Shown piece after piece: positions 1-17,279 of a DNA stretch of 64,000 bases. The position numbers and the translations under genes are program-made. The notes below the pieces were generated by a model. The model was not told where the DNA came from. It worked only from the letters and a program-made list of their open reading frames with translations, and did no database searches. The DNA lies in the NCBI RefSeq assembly GCF_009914755.1, contig NC_060926.1; one strand, 5' to 3'. How positions within the stretch are numbered: position 1 is the first letter of the stretch; each line of letters starts with the position of its first letter. The stretch comes from the human T2T-CHM13v2.0 reference genome, Homo sapiens.

Positions 1-559
1 AGAGAAGTTTAGTGGTTCAGGATCTGGATGAGACTGAGACCTCATGTCAGTGGCACCTACTGATCTGGAGTTTCGACAACTGAAAGGAAATGGTGTATTG
101 CCCCTTGCTCATACCATACAATGGTGAGATGAGGACAGAAGGACTACAATTGACTACGATAGACACACCCGTTCAAAAAGTAAGATAATGGGAAGCATGC
201 ATCAGTCAGTGATCTAGAACAATTCTGAAACCCAGCTGCAGATGTGATGGAAGGCCGTGGCTACTCTTTGTCAGAAGAAAGAAGCATGAAATGAGGAACA
301 GCAGGAGGAGAACAGCTGAAACCTACTGGCACTTCTATGTGTGGCTGAAATTTCCTCTAATCATGATGCCTTTCAGAAAACAGTGGTCCATGGAGCAGTG
401 CTAGGTATAAAAATCGGAAAAATACTTAGAAAGTTTTATAGTGACTTCATCATCCAAGTGACTGACAAGTGGTGCCCTGTGGTTAACAGGAAAAAGAATT
501 GTATGGGTGTTATCAAAGCTGTGTGGTAAGTAGCCTGTGCTGGCAAGCACAGTGGAAAC

Positions 560-3170
<2,611 letters not shown>

Positions 3171-5499
3171 CTAGACAGCTGGAGTAATTAAAAAATCAGA
3201 AATTTATAAGAGTGGAATATATGAATCAAAATAATTTAAATTTAAACAGTAAGAGGTACCAGCATAGAGTCAATGTAATAAAATAATTTAAACATGAATA
3301 AATACACTGTAAAAATGACAGCGAGCACAAAAAAGAAAATCAAGGAATAATGGCCTGAAAGTCAGAGATAGAAAAGTGATTCTGAAGTCCATATTTATTA
3401 CTGCATGAACTGTGAGCTAACTGATTGGTCCAGTTTGAAGTAAGGAACTGGGCATGTAAAGTTTAAGTTTCTCCCTCCCTTTCTTACTGTGGATCTGAGA
3501 TCTGTACTCTTGTTTGCTCCTAACCATCTAATAAACTGGAGGTAAAGACTCTGCTCTTGTACAGCAAGGCCTCAGTTTACATCCAAGCCAGTGATTGTAT
3601 AATGCATAAGGTACATTATTCCACCTCTGTCAGGACGAAAGCTGATATTTTGGTCTCCATCTACTTGGCTCCATTATACATTTGGACAGAACTCTGGAAA
3701 ATGGTCTTGGGCATTGATCCCTTCCAGTCTCAATGCCTACTAAGAGAGACACCTTTGCAAATCATAAGTTGAAAGTCTGAGGGGGATACTTCTATCATCA
3801 AAATAGCAATTTATTATAGGTCTTGTATAGATATACTACAGTCTTCTCTCCCTCTTTGTCTCCTGCTGTCTTTCCTCTCATCTATATCTGTACATTTATC
3901 ATTCTATCTGCCTACCTACCATCTATCTGTGTATCAATCTATCAATTTATTGCTCAATGCATATATCTAATAGACTTCAGACTGCTATCCTTGCATCAAA
4001 TGCTGTCACAAATACTTTTGATAACACTTCATCCATATGTTATCATCAAAACAACATGTTTTGACATTCATCCTGTTGTGAAATATAATATACCTATTAC
4101 TCCGATCTCCATAACATTCTTGCATCACATGGAAAATTCTTCTCTATGTGCCCGTTACCACACAGATGGTCCTAAGAGTAGAAAACAATGTGATCTTCTC
4201 AGCTACTTCACCACAGATTTTTAAATACAGGCTTTTCATGCTCTGTTGCATTCACCAGAGTTCTCATCAACTTGCATTATACGTGAGTAACACAAAGACT
4301 TAAAGTCATCCTCACTGGTTAAATTTAAAAAAACAAAACAAAACAAAAAAACTAACAGTTTTCCAGAGCATGCAGGATTAATCACACATAATAATTATAC
4401 AACGTGTTAACACACTTATTATAAAACTATATACACACCATTAAACAAAAAGTGGCAGAAACTTCCAGGAAGGAGGCAAATAAACATTAATTGGTAATGA
4501 TAAAGGGGAAGAAAAAGATACCCAGAGATAAAAATTCCAGTTTTCACTGGTGAGATATTTTGGTCTAAGGGATTCAAAGCTCTGGTTCTTCTGAGACTAT
4601 GCTGGCCCCTCTTGTCAATGAATCATCTGCAGGGAAACACTCGGCCCTGAAAATCCACTGCCAGCCTGGCACATACAACAGATTACTAAGCATCTTGTCT
4701 TTCATTTTGAATTTTATGCTTTTAAACACTTCTTGATGCCAAAAGGGTCAAGAAGAGGAATTCAAGGAAGAAATTTTTAATACCACAAAATAGATTCTGA
4801 TGAACAGTCCATTTAAATAACATGCTTCTGTTTCCAAACATCATGTCTGCTGTATTAGAAAGAGATATGGATAAGAGATTTCTATGGTTAAACTGCGTGC
4901 TGTGTTATGGGAAGCATTCTTCTTAAATTTGACTTGTCTAGATTAAAGCACTAAAACCAAACCAATGTGGCAAAGAAACATTAGTTTTTCATTAATGCTG
5001 TCTCTGTGTAATGACTCTCATGGTCACTTTATAGTTCATATTAACCCTGATGTTCATGAAATGATAGCTTGTGTATTCCCTTCATAGCCCCAGGTTTTCT
5101 TTGAGTGCTAATAAATTCATCACTCAGTTCCTCCCATCAAAAAATAAACATACTTATATATCATCAGTGTCCATCTATTTAATCATGGCTTCTTGAATAT
5201 TCTTCGGATGATGATTGGAAGTTTTCACCGTCTCTGTGGTTCATGGGCATTCTCAGTAGTAAGAGACTTATAGCTGGAAGGTGTAGTGATGTCTTATTAA
5301 GTATCTTTACTTGAGAGACAACCTATGTTCAACTGTACACTAAAGAACTTCAGCTCCACCATTGTCTGATTTCTCCACCTAAACTCACAAACACATAGTT
5401 TGAAAGCTCCAATATTTCGAGAAATAAATCCAATTACATGCAGTAATCATGTCATCCTACAAAATACTCCATAGCCTTTAAACTTTTGGAAAACAATGG

Positions 5500-5700
5500 T
5501 AAGAGCTCTTATCTGGAAAGTAAGAGCTTTAGGTTATAATCCCAGCTCTACTGCTAACTAGCTATACGGTTTAGGGCATACTGATTATCTCCTCTAAATC
5601 TGTCTTTCCTTCTTATCAAATGATGAAGACATGCAGATAATGCATCTTAGTGATTCAAGTGAGATGCATGACGAAAGAGGATGTGGGCATTTTGGTAAAC
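5500..5700 (+). mobile_element. MIR SINE
   Basis: MIR core-like aatcccagctctactgctaactagct...tctgtctttccttcttatcaaatg. Confidence 0.7.
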
Positions 5701-7344
5701 TGCTGGGCACAAGTCCAGCTACAGGGCTTGCAAATTCTTTTCATTTTTCTTACTAGGAGTCTATTTAGCTGAATAACACACATTTGATTTGAATTTACCT
5801 TAGAGGGTCTTAGTTTGCAACTTGTGTTTTTAAGAAATTTGTTTAGCCCTTCTCAATGCAATCTCCTTTAATTTTACAAAAAGTGCTCTCCGTTGGTATT
5901 CAAACTAATTTAGTACCATGAAACCAAAAGCAGACATGTCTTACACAAAAAATGTAAGAGAGATCAGAAAAGTTATTTGTGTCATTTGCTTATAGCTGTT
6001 TAAAACTTAAGTTTTTTCAAACTCAATAGTAAGTAATATCATGAACAGGAACCAACAACATGGAATTTCCCCATTAGCAGCAATATAATAGGCCATTAAA
6101 AGCATGCCACCATGTTGGTTGGTGAACTTTCTTATCCTTTGCACTTTTCCTTGCGCTTTTCCTAATTTTACTCTTAGTCTACTTTCTGGCCCTATAGTGG
6201 GGATCATTAAATGCATAAGAAGCTCAAATAGCTCTAATTTAGCTTCTTGTCAAATATTTACATGTCATGGGTAAAGTCTTGCAAAGGAGTTGTGATTAGT
6301 TGCCAAGGAATATCAAGAATCAGATGTGGTTGTTAGTATTTAAAGATTTTTCTGTTTATTTTTGCAAATACAGAGGATAAACACTGTCAGTTCAAAGTAA
6401 ACTCCAGAGTATATATAATTTTCAAAGATAATAGTCCTCTAAAATTTTCATTGTTCAAAACACATGGCAGAGTGCTAGATTTTCAACCAGCTTTTAGGAG
6501 TTAACAGTGCCATGTGTGAAGAATCAAGCAACTGCCTTACCCTCTGGCCACTTTGAAACTAATTAGAAACTTCCATTACAGAGCTTAAAAGCTAATGGAG
6601 AAACACAAGTGAAAAAATAAACCTAAACAAACAAATGCAATCACAGTTGTAAGGGGGACAAATTCTGAGTTTCATATTTAGAATAATCAGGAAAACACAA
6701 CTTGAAATTTGAGAGAGGATAACAAAAGCACTGTATGGGGAACACAAGCTACTGTTCTGTAAGATGCTGTTTTGAGTGACATTCAGATTTTGATTGGAAG
6801 CAGCCATTTGACTCAGTCACTTGAGAACTATTTACTAACATTGTCCTCACTGCCAAATATTTTTCCCTCATTCTCACTTATGTGATTAGGAAGCTAATTC
6901 CATCTAATGATGAGTCCCAGTTGTGCGACAAATACTTCTTGCTCTGTGGGTTTGTTAATAACCCTCCTCTCCCCACCCCATGACAAAAGTCCACGGGTGT
7001 GGAATCTCTATCCTTGAAATGTGTTTTTCATTAATAAGAGATAGTGACCTTAGTATTTACTCTATGGTTGCTACCTCATTCACTTCTCCCCACTTCATCC
7101 TTCAATTCTTTCCCCTACCTCTCTTTTCTCCTCCTCTTCTGTATGATCATTTAGACTCACTTCATTACATACGGAGTTAAACATTTTTAAGGTTTTCACA
7201 AAATACACTAATAAGCACTGTCCCTTCTGTTAGTAAACTACAATCTGAGGGGACCAAGAAACAGAAAAGTTATAAAGATATAAACAAATTTATAAGAAAT
7301 AAGAATAATAAAAACGGAATATTTGCTGGATTTGATGGATATTT

Positions 7345-7460
7345 AGGAAGCAGTTCTGTGTAATGCAGTAGATAGAATTCTGGACCAAGAGTTAAAAGAT
7401 CTGGGGTCTGGTCCTTCTCTACAAGTAATTAACTGTAATACTTTGAAAAATTGATTTTTC
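7345..7460 (+). mobile_element. MIR fragment within degraded L2-like sequence
   Basis: tggaccaagagttaaaagatctggggtctggtcc...aactgt matches the MIR 5' part. Confidence 0.55.
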
Positions 7461-8489
7461 TTACCCTAAAGGTGAAAACAAGCAAAGAATGAAGAATGTG
7501 GTAAGTGTTATAAGAGAAATGCCAACTATTTGCTATAAGAACACATACAAGGTAAGGTTTATTCTTACTGCTGGGATTAAGAGAAATTCATGGACAAAAT
7601 GTCAATTAAACTGAGCCTTGAAGTTTATGATGAATTTTACTAACCAGAAAAGAGAGACATTTCAAACTGAGTTCACAATATCAGCAAGAAAAATATAGGC
7701 TATTATGAAATAATTCAGAAAGATGTTGTTCAAAAAAGGCATAGAACTTGCTTCTCAAAATTTGTGGTATTTACTACGGATAATTTCCAGTGGCCTATCA
7801 AGTGATGCTAAACTTTATTGGAAATTTTTAAAAATCAGTGACTTGAATGTAACATCACAAATATGGAATTAAGTATGTTTTCTGCAGAAATTTCAGTAGT
7901 TTTTAATGATATCTATATTCTTCCAGGTTGTAGTGTTGAGCCACAATTGTGCTTCCAACCAACATTTAGTGAATAGTGTTCATCTTCTTTTAACTGAATT
8001 TTTTTCAGGTCATCTTTATATTATTGTTATATTTGTTAACTTTTGCTTTTTGTTATTATTGTGCTACTTTACATCACCAGTTAAGCAAAATGGATAAGTG
8101 ATTCAATATGGTTAATTGAGACCTAGCAGTGGGGAGGAAATAGTAAATAGAAGTAAGCAGATTATGCATAGGACACTAGGGTTAACAAACAATAGAAATC
8201 TGTATGATGCTAGGACAACTAATTCTTGCAAGCGTGATGAATTTCCCAAGAACCTGGAATGGAAAACTGAAGATGGGAAGTATGGTAATGTCTACTGAAA
8301 AAAATCAGATTTTACTGCACCACCAGTCCACTAACCTCTAATACTCAGGGTTTTGTCTTTTATGAAACTTTGTCTGCTTTCCTATAAGGAATATGGGCAG
8401 AAAGCATTCCTTGCTTTTACGTTTTGTTTTTGTGTTTTACAGAGCATAGTGACCTCTCATAAACTAGCAACAAAGTTAAAGTTAAATGT

Positions 8490-11400
8490 ATTTACTTTAT
8501 TTTATTTAAGATTCAGGGGTACATGTGCAGATGTATTCTATGGGTATATTGCATGATGCTGAGATTTGGGGTACAGGTGGTCCCGTCACACAGGTAGTGA
8601 GCATAGTATGGAATAGGTAGTTTTTAGCTAATTCCTCCCTCCTCTCCTCCCCCATCTAGTAGTCCACAGTGTTCATTGCTTCCATCTTTATGTTTATTCA
8701 TATTTAATGTTTAGCTCCCACTTGTAAGTGAGAACATGTGGTATTTGTTTCTGTGCTAATTTGCTTAGGATAATGGCCTCCAGCTGTGTCCGTTTTGCTG
8801 CAAAGGACAGGGTTTTATTACTTTTATGGTTGTGTAGTATTCCATGATGTATATATACCACATTTCCTTATCCAATCGACCACTGTTGGGCACCTAGGTT
8901 GATTCTATGTCTTTACTATTATGAACAACCCTGCAATGAACAGATGAGTGCACGTGTCTTCTTTGGTAGAGTGATTTATTTTCCTTTGGATATGTATCCA
9001 GTAATGAGATTGCTGTGTCAAATGGAAGTTTGTTTCAAGTTCTTTGAGAAATCTTCAAACTGCTTTCTACAGTGACTCAAGTAATTTGCATTCTGACCAA
9101 CAGTGTTTAAGCACTCCCTTTCCTCTGTATATCCTCGATAGCATCTGTTGTTCTTTGTCTTTTTAATAATCACCATCTGTCTGGTATAAGATGGCATTTC
9201 ATTGTGGTTTTGATTTGCATTTCTCTGATGATTAGTGATGTTGAGCAGTTTTTTCATATATTTTTTGGCCATTGGTACATCTTCTTTTGAGAAGTGTTTG
9301 TTCATGACATTTGCCCGTTTTTTAATTGGATTGTTTCTTACTTGTTGATTGCTTTAAGTTCCTTGTAGATTTTGGATATTAGAACTTTATCAGATGCATA
9401 ATTTGTAAATATTTTCTCCAATTCTTTGGGCAACGTGTGTACTCCATTTATGATTTCTTTTTTGCGCAAAAGCTCTTTAGCTGATTAAGTCCCTGTATTA
9501 GTCCCTTCTCACACTGCTATAAACAATGGCCCAAGACTGGTTAATTCATAGAGGAAAGAGGTTTAATTGACTTACGGTTAAAAGGCCTCAGGAAGCTTAC
9601 AATCATGTCAGAAGGTGAAGGGGAAGCAAGGCACTTTTTTCACAAGATGGCAGGAAGGAGAGTGAATGCAGGAGGAACTACCAAACACTTATAAAACCAT
9701 CAGATCTCATGAGAACTCACTCACCATCATGAGAACAGCATGGGGGAAACTGCCCCCATGATCCAATTACCTCCAGCTGGTCTCTCCCTTGACACGTGGA
9801 AATTATGGAGATTATGGGAATTATAATTCAAGATGAGATGTGGGTGGGGACACAAGGCCTAACCGTATCAGTCACCTTGTCAATTTTTGTTTTTGTTGCA
9901 ATTGGTTTTGGGGATTAGCCATAAATTCTTTGTCAAAGCTGTTGTTGAGAAGGGTATTTCTTAGGTTTTCTTCTAGGATTTTTAGAGTTTTAGGTCTTAC
10001 ATTTAAATCTTTAATCCATGTTGAGTTAATTTTTGTATATGGTGAAATGTAGGGGTCTAGTTTTATGTAAGTGTGTTGACCTTTTGTTCCAGCTGCCTTT
10101 CAAATTATTTCTTTTGTGTTGACCTTGGTAAATATGATGACGATGTGCCTTAGGAATTTTGTCTCATGCAGGCTCTTGCAGGTGTTCTCTATATTTCTTG
10201 AATTTGCATGTCTACATCTCTAGTGAAATTGGAAAATTTTTCATGGACTAGATCCTCAAACATGTTTTCCAAGGTGCTTACTTTCTTTCCTTCTCTTTCG
10301 GGAATGCCAATGAGTGACAGATTTTTGTCTCTTTACAAACTTCCATGTTTCTTAGAAGTTTTATTTATGTTTTAAATTCTTTTTATTTTTGTCTAAGTTG
10401 ATTTAAAGAACTGGTTTTGTGCTGCGATTCTTTCCTCAGCTTGATCTAGTCGGCTGTTAATGCTTCTGCCTGTATTTTTAAATTCTTATAGTTAACTCTT
10501 CAATTTCAAAAATTCAGTTTGGTTCTTTTTTAAAGTGACCGTTTCATCTTTCAGCTCTTGGATCCTTTTACTGTATTTCTTGGATCCCTCGGATTGGATT
10601 TCAACTTTCTCCTGGATCTTGATGAGCTTTCTTGCCATCCAGATTCTGAATTCTATGTCTGTCATTTCAATCTGGTTAAGAACAATTCCTGGGGGCCTAG
10701 ATTGTTTACTTGGAAGTCAGGAGACACTCCAGCTTTTTGAATTGCCAGAATTCTTGTGCTGATTCTTTCTCATCTGATAGAACTGTTGTTCCTTTAACTG
10801 TAATGTAAGATGAGTATAGTGTGTTGGCTCTATTTCTGGGTGCTTTCAGAGGGTCAATGCTCTGTACAGGATTTGTATTTCTGGCTGAGTTTTTGCCTTA
10901 GGTTTCACAGGCACTGTATACTGGCAAAATATTTTTGGTATTGTAATTTGGGTTCTGATCCAGGAAATGGCACTTAAGTGTGATGGCCTGTAGATAGGCT
11001 CTTAGCCATGCCGCGCTTTCATGTTTCAGCATGTTCACAGTAATGCTCTGGAGTCAGTGGGGGTGGGACACTGGGGAGGGAGGTAAATAAACCTCTCCCT
11101 AAGACCACCCCTGGACCTTGGAGGCACTCTATCTGATCCCTGATCCCACACCAGCGTTCCATATGTTAAGTATTCCACACCATGCGTGAGGCTCCCTTAG
11201 GCAGAGGTTATGCAGGCTACACCCTTCCCAGACTAGCCCTACAGAGGGAGGCACAATGCTCTCCCCCACCAGCTCACAAACCTGGGTATCTCACCCCTCT
11301 CAGTGTTCTGAGAATGGGGGAATCCTCCCTTGCTTGTGAGCCACTCAATCTAACAAGTCTTTACTGACTAGAAGCAGCAGGCACAGGGCTTGTACAGTAT

Positions 11401-11998
11401 AACATCCAGGTGTTTCCTAGGGGAAAACAGAACTGTGCACACCAGCAGGGTTCAGGAAAAGGTGGGGCCACTCTGCTGGAAGCAGGAGTCCAGGCCTGTC
11501 TGGAGAGAAGAACTGGGAACAGTCTGCTTTCTCCTGGCACCGTGACTGTGGACTCTATTGGTGTAATGGAAGCTAGTGCTGGGCTCCTCAGGGATCCAAA
11601 GCCTGTAGGGCTTCCCATAGTCTTGAGTGGTTCCTCTGAAGAAATTCCATTAATACAGGCTCTCTGTATTAGTTGAGGCCTGTGGTTGGAAGTTTCAGGG
11701 GGTTCTCTCATTCCCAGAGTTGCACAGGTCCCTGTAGGAAGGGTAGATCCCCTGGGGGCTCTTAATCTCTCACTCTTACCCTGTGTTAGGAAGCTTCTCC
11801 TGGTTTCACAGTGATCCCAGGTGGGTGCCTTCCCAGCTTTGTTATTCTCCGTTTTCCATGTGTCCCCTAACGCCTCTGATGGATCCCAACTAGTTTCTTA
11901 CATGATTCCCTTGAAGAGTCAATATTTACCCACCACTTTGTTTCCTCTCCACAAGAGTGGTGCACAGTAGATGCTTCTAGTCAGCATTTACAACCCTC
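8490..11998 (-). mobile_element. Old primate L1 (L1PB/L1PA13-16-like) with 3'UTR + ORF2 end joined to ORF1 start + 5'UTR (internal deletion)
   Basis: 8490-10065 is 3'UTR plus ORF2 C-terminus (ORF 9018-9305, MNKHFSKED...). 10065-10800 is ORF1-like. 10800-11998 is a GC-richer 5'UTR ending ...cttctagtcagcattt. Candidate TSD acaaagtta at 8470-8478 and 11999-12007. Confidence 0.85.
9494..9870 (-). mobile_element. MaLR solo LTR (THE1D/MSTA-like) inserted in L1
   Basis: tgtattagtc...accgtatca termini, THE1 body, 5-bp TSD gtccc/gtcac. Confidence 0.92.
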
Positions 11999-12961
11999 AC
12001 AAAGTTATTTTTGGAAAGAAAACAGAATGAGACATTGGCAAAATTTTCTTTCACATTACCCTTTGGTAAATAATGTATCATTTCAACAAAATTCAGTACA
12101 AAGGTGCTATTACTATCATAGGTGTGTTCTCTCAGAAACTTTGCAGTTGGAGGAAAATACTGAGATTCAGGGTATGATGTGCAGTTTACATGGAAGCTTA
12201 AAGAAGAAGAGTATTGTCTGTTCATCCCTAAATATCATGCTACAGGAAAAGAGATATTTTATAATTTAGAATAAGGCAATATTCCTAGCTAGTACATGGA
12301 TTTTGAAAAAGTACATCAGGGTTAGTTTCTATGGACCATTAACATGTATGAAAAGAAAGGGCCAGTTAAGTCAATTAAATAATTGATAACTGAAAAAAAA
12401 ACTCCTACTCCACTTTATTTGCAGAAATCAACTAGCATTCAACAATATACCTAACCTTCTTAATTTCATGTTGAATTGAATTTAGAAAACTGAGACCATG
12501 TATTACTCTTTTATTATGCACCATTGCACAATTATGTAAAATTACACGTACTTCTTTGGGCAAGGAGTATATTTATTTTTCATCCTGAAATGTGCTAGCT
12601 TTAAGGGGAAAAATGTCCATCAGGGATGAGATAAATTTATATCCTTTTAAGGAACTGAAAAGGATAGAAAAAAATACCTCTCTATGATTTCAACAAGAAT
12701 GTTCAAATAAACAAAATGAATGTCTTGAATAGCATGAAACTATTACTTCCTGTACATAGTATGGATGTTTTTGAATTTGAGCATGAGCTATCAGTATTCC
12801 TAAGGACACTACGGTACAAATGATAATCTTTTTTTAAAAAATTGCCATCATCATCTAATGCTATTTCTCACAGATAGGAAAAATGCATAGGAAGAGATGC
12901 CCTCGAGTACTAAATGGAGATAACTAGTACATTGAGTTCATTCTTTGCTGTTTTCTTCTAG

Positions 12962-13327
12962 TTTTTATTTATTTATTTATTTATTATTTATTTAGTTATT
13001 TATTTTTTATTTTTATTTTTATTTTTATTTTTATTTTTATTTCTTTGAGACAGAGTTTAGCTCTGTCGCTCGGGCTGGAGTGCAGTGGAGCAATCTTGGC
13101 TCACTGCAACCTCTGCCTTCTGGTTTCAAGCGGTTCTGCTGCCTCAGCCTCCTGAGTGGCTGGGACTACAGGCCTGTGCCACCACGCCTGGCTAATTTTT
13201 TGTATTTTTAGTAGAGATGGGATTTCACCATGTTCACCAGGATGGTCTCAATCTCTTGACCTCATGATCTATCTGCCTCGGTCTCCCAAAGTGCTGGGAT
13301 TACTGTTATGAGCCACTGCACCTGGAC
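12962..13327 (-). mobile_element. AluS (AluSc-like) with (TTTA)n tail
   Basis: Full dimer on the minus strand; TSD tttcttctag on both sides. Confidence 0.95.
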
Positions 13328-13669
13328 TTTCTTCTAGCTTTGAGCGCTCACAAAAGTTGTCCATACAATAAAAGCATGGTACTGCCCATTTCAACTAAAC
13401 AAAAAATCGGCTAAAAGGATACAATTTCTCTCAACACAGGCACTTTCACATCAATTACATGTTAACTGCAATTTTTGTCATTGTGTTTTTCCATCACAAA
13501 CCTTGAAAATATAATTGATATACTGTTGAGCTAGTATTTATTACTGCAAGGAAAGCAGTCTTTGGAGTGAAGCGCATGCTTCATTCAAATGTTCAGAGCA
13601 ATTTGATGGAGCCACCATACAATTGCTGTGTATTCTACTTGTCTCTTACTATTTTTTCCATTCTCACTT

Positions 13670-14750
13670 AGATCCAGCCCCACTGGCCTCATTAATGTTT
13701 TTTTTGGAATTACCAGGTACTAAGCCTTTACCCTAGCCATGCCCTTTCCCTGGAAAACTCTTACTCTAGATATTCACTTGCCTAAATCCCTTGCCTCTTT
13801 CAAGGCTTTGTTATGTCTCAGTTTCTCAGTGACAACTACCTTGAACACTCCCATCACTGCAAACTTCAAGAGATCCTTCCTTCCTTCCTTCCTTTCTTTC
13901 TTTCTCTCTTTCATTCATTCTTTCTTTCTTTTCTTTCTTTCTTGTTCTATTACTTTATAGCACTTCTTTGCTATGAAATAAAACTGTAAATAAGGCCCCA
14001 AGCTCTCTGTACAACATGGACTCCTCATGGCAGAGATACCCAAATTTAGACAGCAGAACTAAGTGGTCATGGCAGGGTAAGGGTAGAGTAATCACACATT
14101 ATTTGCTCTTGGAAAGGAAGCTCTTGACAAACATACTACTTTATGCCTTTGAGCCAGAACAGTTCCTGTGACTGGATCCAAGGAAAACTGCAGCCAGAAA
14201 GCACCCCAACCAGTCGTTTGAATAAAGCATCTGTCACAGACTTCTGGTTTAGGGTTTGGGAAGCCACCCAATCAGAGCTTGACTATCTTGACCAAACAGA
14301 GCTAAACAAAATTGAATCCTTCCTTTGCATAAATGGACCTGATTGAAAACTTGATGTAGGAGCTTTTTCTACTTAAGCCAAGCTTCTCCTTTGTTCTTTG
14401 GAAAGCCCACTTTCACTTATACTCAATGCGGATCTCCCTAATCTGCACATTGTTCTTATAGAAATAAAAGCTCTCTCTTTTTCCTCTGCAGATCTCATGG
14501 TCTTTTGTTAACATCATTTTCTAATCTACTAAATAATCAACTTATTTGTTATATACAAACTTCTAAGTTGATTATTTGTTGATTATTATTATTTGTTTGA
14601 TTATTTGTTGCCTGTCTTCCCATTTTAACATGCAAGTTCCTCTAGAGTTGGGAATTTTGTCTAATGCATTCTATGTATCTGATATATTCAATTATCTCAT
14701 GTGTTTCTCAGCAAATAAAATATTTGCAATAAATATTTTTTCTTACTGAA
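13670..14750 (+). mobile_element. L2 3' region, split by an ERV1 LTR
   Basis: L2 3' motifs (cctggaaaactctt..., tatagcactt, ttgcctgtcttccc...tgcaagttcc, caataaatattt). Confidence 0.7.
13974..14513 (+). mobile_element. ERV1 (MER4-group-like) solo LTR
   Basis: TG...CA termini (tgaaataaaa...ttgttaaca), ~540 bp, CCAAT and AATAAA near the 3' end; interrupts L2. Confidence 0.7.
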
Positions 14751-16004
14751 TTGATTAGCTACCAGAGTTATGATTATGAGTCCAAGTTGTCTTATTGAAT
14801 AAAAATACTAAGTGGAAAAAAAATGAATGTGGACTCTGACACATGACCCAAGATATTAAAAGGTCAGATGTAGATACGTTTTTGAAGGACTGAAAACTAA
14901 ATAATTCCATTTCTGATATTTAATAATTAATACTGTTTATAATGACTATGCTATAACACAATGATTTATTTTGATAAGTTTATATTATGATAAACTTTTT
15001 TTACAATTTGAAAACAATTGACAGGTTTTTTGCTGAACATCCATCTAATGGTTTGAATATACTGAATTTTTGAAAAATGTTAGCATATTGTATGAGAAAA
15101 ATTCCAGAGAATTTAACCTAGATTGTTGACAGCAGTGATTTCAAATAGTGAGAATTAATGAAGGCTGGCATCAGGGGTAACACCAAGGTGATAGCCTATA
15201 GGAGGGAGTTATACATATTTCCCAAATATGTAGTCTAACTTGGGATTGATATGTCCTTTTATGTGATTTTGAACAAACATATGAGCCCTTACACTTCTTT
15301 TTTTAATCATATGTACATCCCATTGTTATCCAGAGATAACATGAGTGAACATTAAAAGATAAAATGGAAAATATTAGCACTAAAAGGTTATATATATTAA
15401 TAGATAAAAAAGAGATGCTGATACCAATATAAATGCACATAGAGATGAAAATCATTTCATTTTTATTGAACTCAGATTCTGGCTGTATTTGGGAGGAACA
15501 AACTAACCAGATGTCTAGTATTAAAATATTCAGTAAACCTAATTTTTAGTCTATTTATACTTATACGTTAGCAGATTCAGTCACTAGAGAACTACTACCT
15601 TGTAAAAAATAAACACCACCATTGTAAGGCACTGGACAGATAATGAGAGTGAAGGTAACATGGTGAATGCTACAAGTAGGATGCAGAAGAAGGAACTTGG
15701 AAATAAAGAAAAGGAACCATTGAGTGTGCCCTGATGTATAGATGTTAGTAGGCCTGGGAAAATATAGGACAACCTAAACTCCTGTTCCAACAAAATCTAT
15801 CCTTGGATTAGGGCTTTGTTTGGAGGCCTTAAACCATGGTACATTATCCAGGGTTTAAGGGCCCCAAACAAAACCCTCAATTGGGGTGGAAAGCGGTGGA
15901 ATGATGCCTGTTCTGAGACTTATGGCACTGTGACAAGCCAAAGAAACCAGCTTTATTTTCATTCCTTCACTTGCAGATCTTCTCTATTTCTTTCTTCATT
16001 TTGC

Positions 16005-16136
16005 TTTTTTTTTTTTTTTTTTTAAAGAGTATCGCTATGTTGCTCAGGCTGGTGTTAAACTCCTGGCCTCAGGCAATTCTCCTGCTTTGACAATTCAAAG
16101 TGCTGGAATTACAAGCATGTGCCACCATGCCTAGCC
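16005..16136 (-). mobile_element. FLAM (free left Alu monomer)
   Basis: PolyT followed by a single monomer ending ccaccatgcctagcc. Confidence 0.85.
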
Positions 16137-16520
16137 TTGATTTGAATTTATTATTCTACTACTCTCTTTTCTTGGTCCTTTAAAGAGGAGTGAAAAATAA
16201 CAACCCTGCTAACACAAAGTAAACAAGCTGGTCATAAAGAAACAGGATCAGTCTTGTTGGCATGCATAGGGACTTGCTGTAGAGCAGGGCTGCTGTTGTG
16301 GTAACTCTGATGTCTACAGTAGTTTAAGTAAAGTAGTTTGCATGACAATTGCCTGAGACCACAGACCTTAATACCTGAAAGAATAATAAATTATAAAAAA
16401 GCAATAAAGAAACAATTATACATCTTGCTGTGTGCTTGAGACTCTCTTCTCTTTCAAAGGCAATCTTGTTTTATCCTTTCAGTAAACATGTGTGGGACAT
16501 TGGATTAAAACCAATTACAG

Positions 16521-16857
<337 letters not shown>

Positions 16858-17279
16858 TCAGAGAGGTCAATCACTTTTCTAAAGTGTATGAAAGTTTTGT
16901 AAAGTATGCTATAATGTTTATTCATTCTAATTTTTTTTCCTGAACCTCTATGTTAAAGGACATGCTGCCTATTTTAAGATTTTAATGAACTTAGTTGCTT
17001 AGTTCTAGGAATTTCACACAAATTCACAAAAAGGCAATCTTCTTTGCACTCTTCAGGATTTTGGTTTATGTTTCACTTTCTCAGGCAGGCCTGGTTATCA
17101 AGACTGGGTTAGCTTACTTGTTTTACTTTCTCATAGTACCTGTACCTTTCACTTTTTAGGATAATTACTTTATTAATTAAACAATTAAATTCAGATCAAT
17201 GAGGTCAGACACTTTGCCTATTTAACTACTTTATTCTCACAATTTGCTAGATGATCACTCAAACTTGGAAGGAAAACAG

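Noticed and set aside
2-31. Frame 2 reads EKFSGSGSG, like an immunoglobulin light-chain FR3 motif
   Set aside because: Immediately followed by stops, with no downstream DxAxYYC or RSS. The surrounding ~380 bp looks more like an old LTR fragment.
3330-3800. Possible old LTR fragment
   Set aside because: Composition is suggestive, but no termini or family could be assigned.
3823-4224. 133-aa ORF
   Set aside because: Low-complexity TCTA-rich sequence, non-ATG start, no recognisable domain.
5145-5460. Possible minus-strand exon (ttttgtAG ... AA|GTATGT)
   Set aside because: Weak splice signals and stops in the frames examined; insufficient support.
11182-11711. GC-richer overlapping ORFs
   Set aside because: They lie within an old L1 5'UTR.
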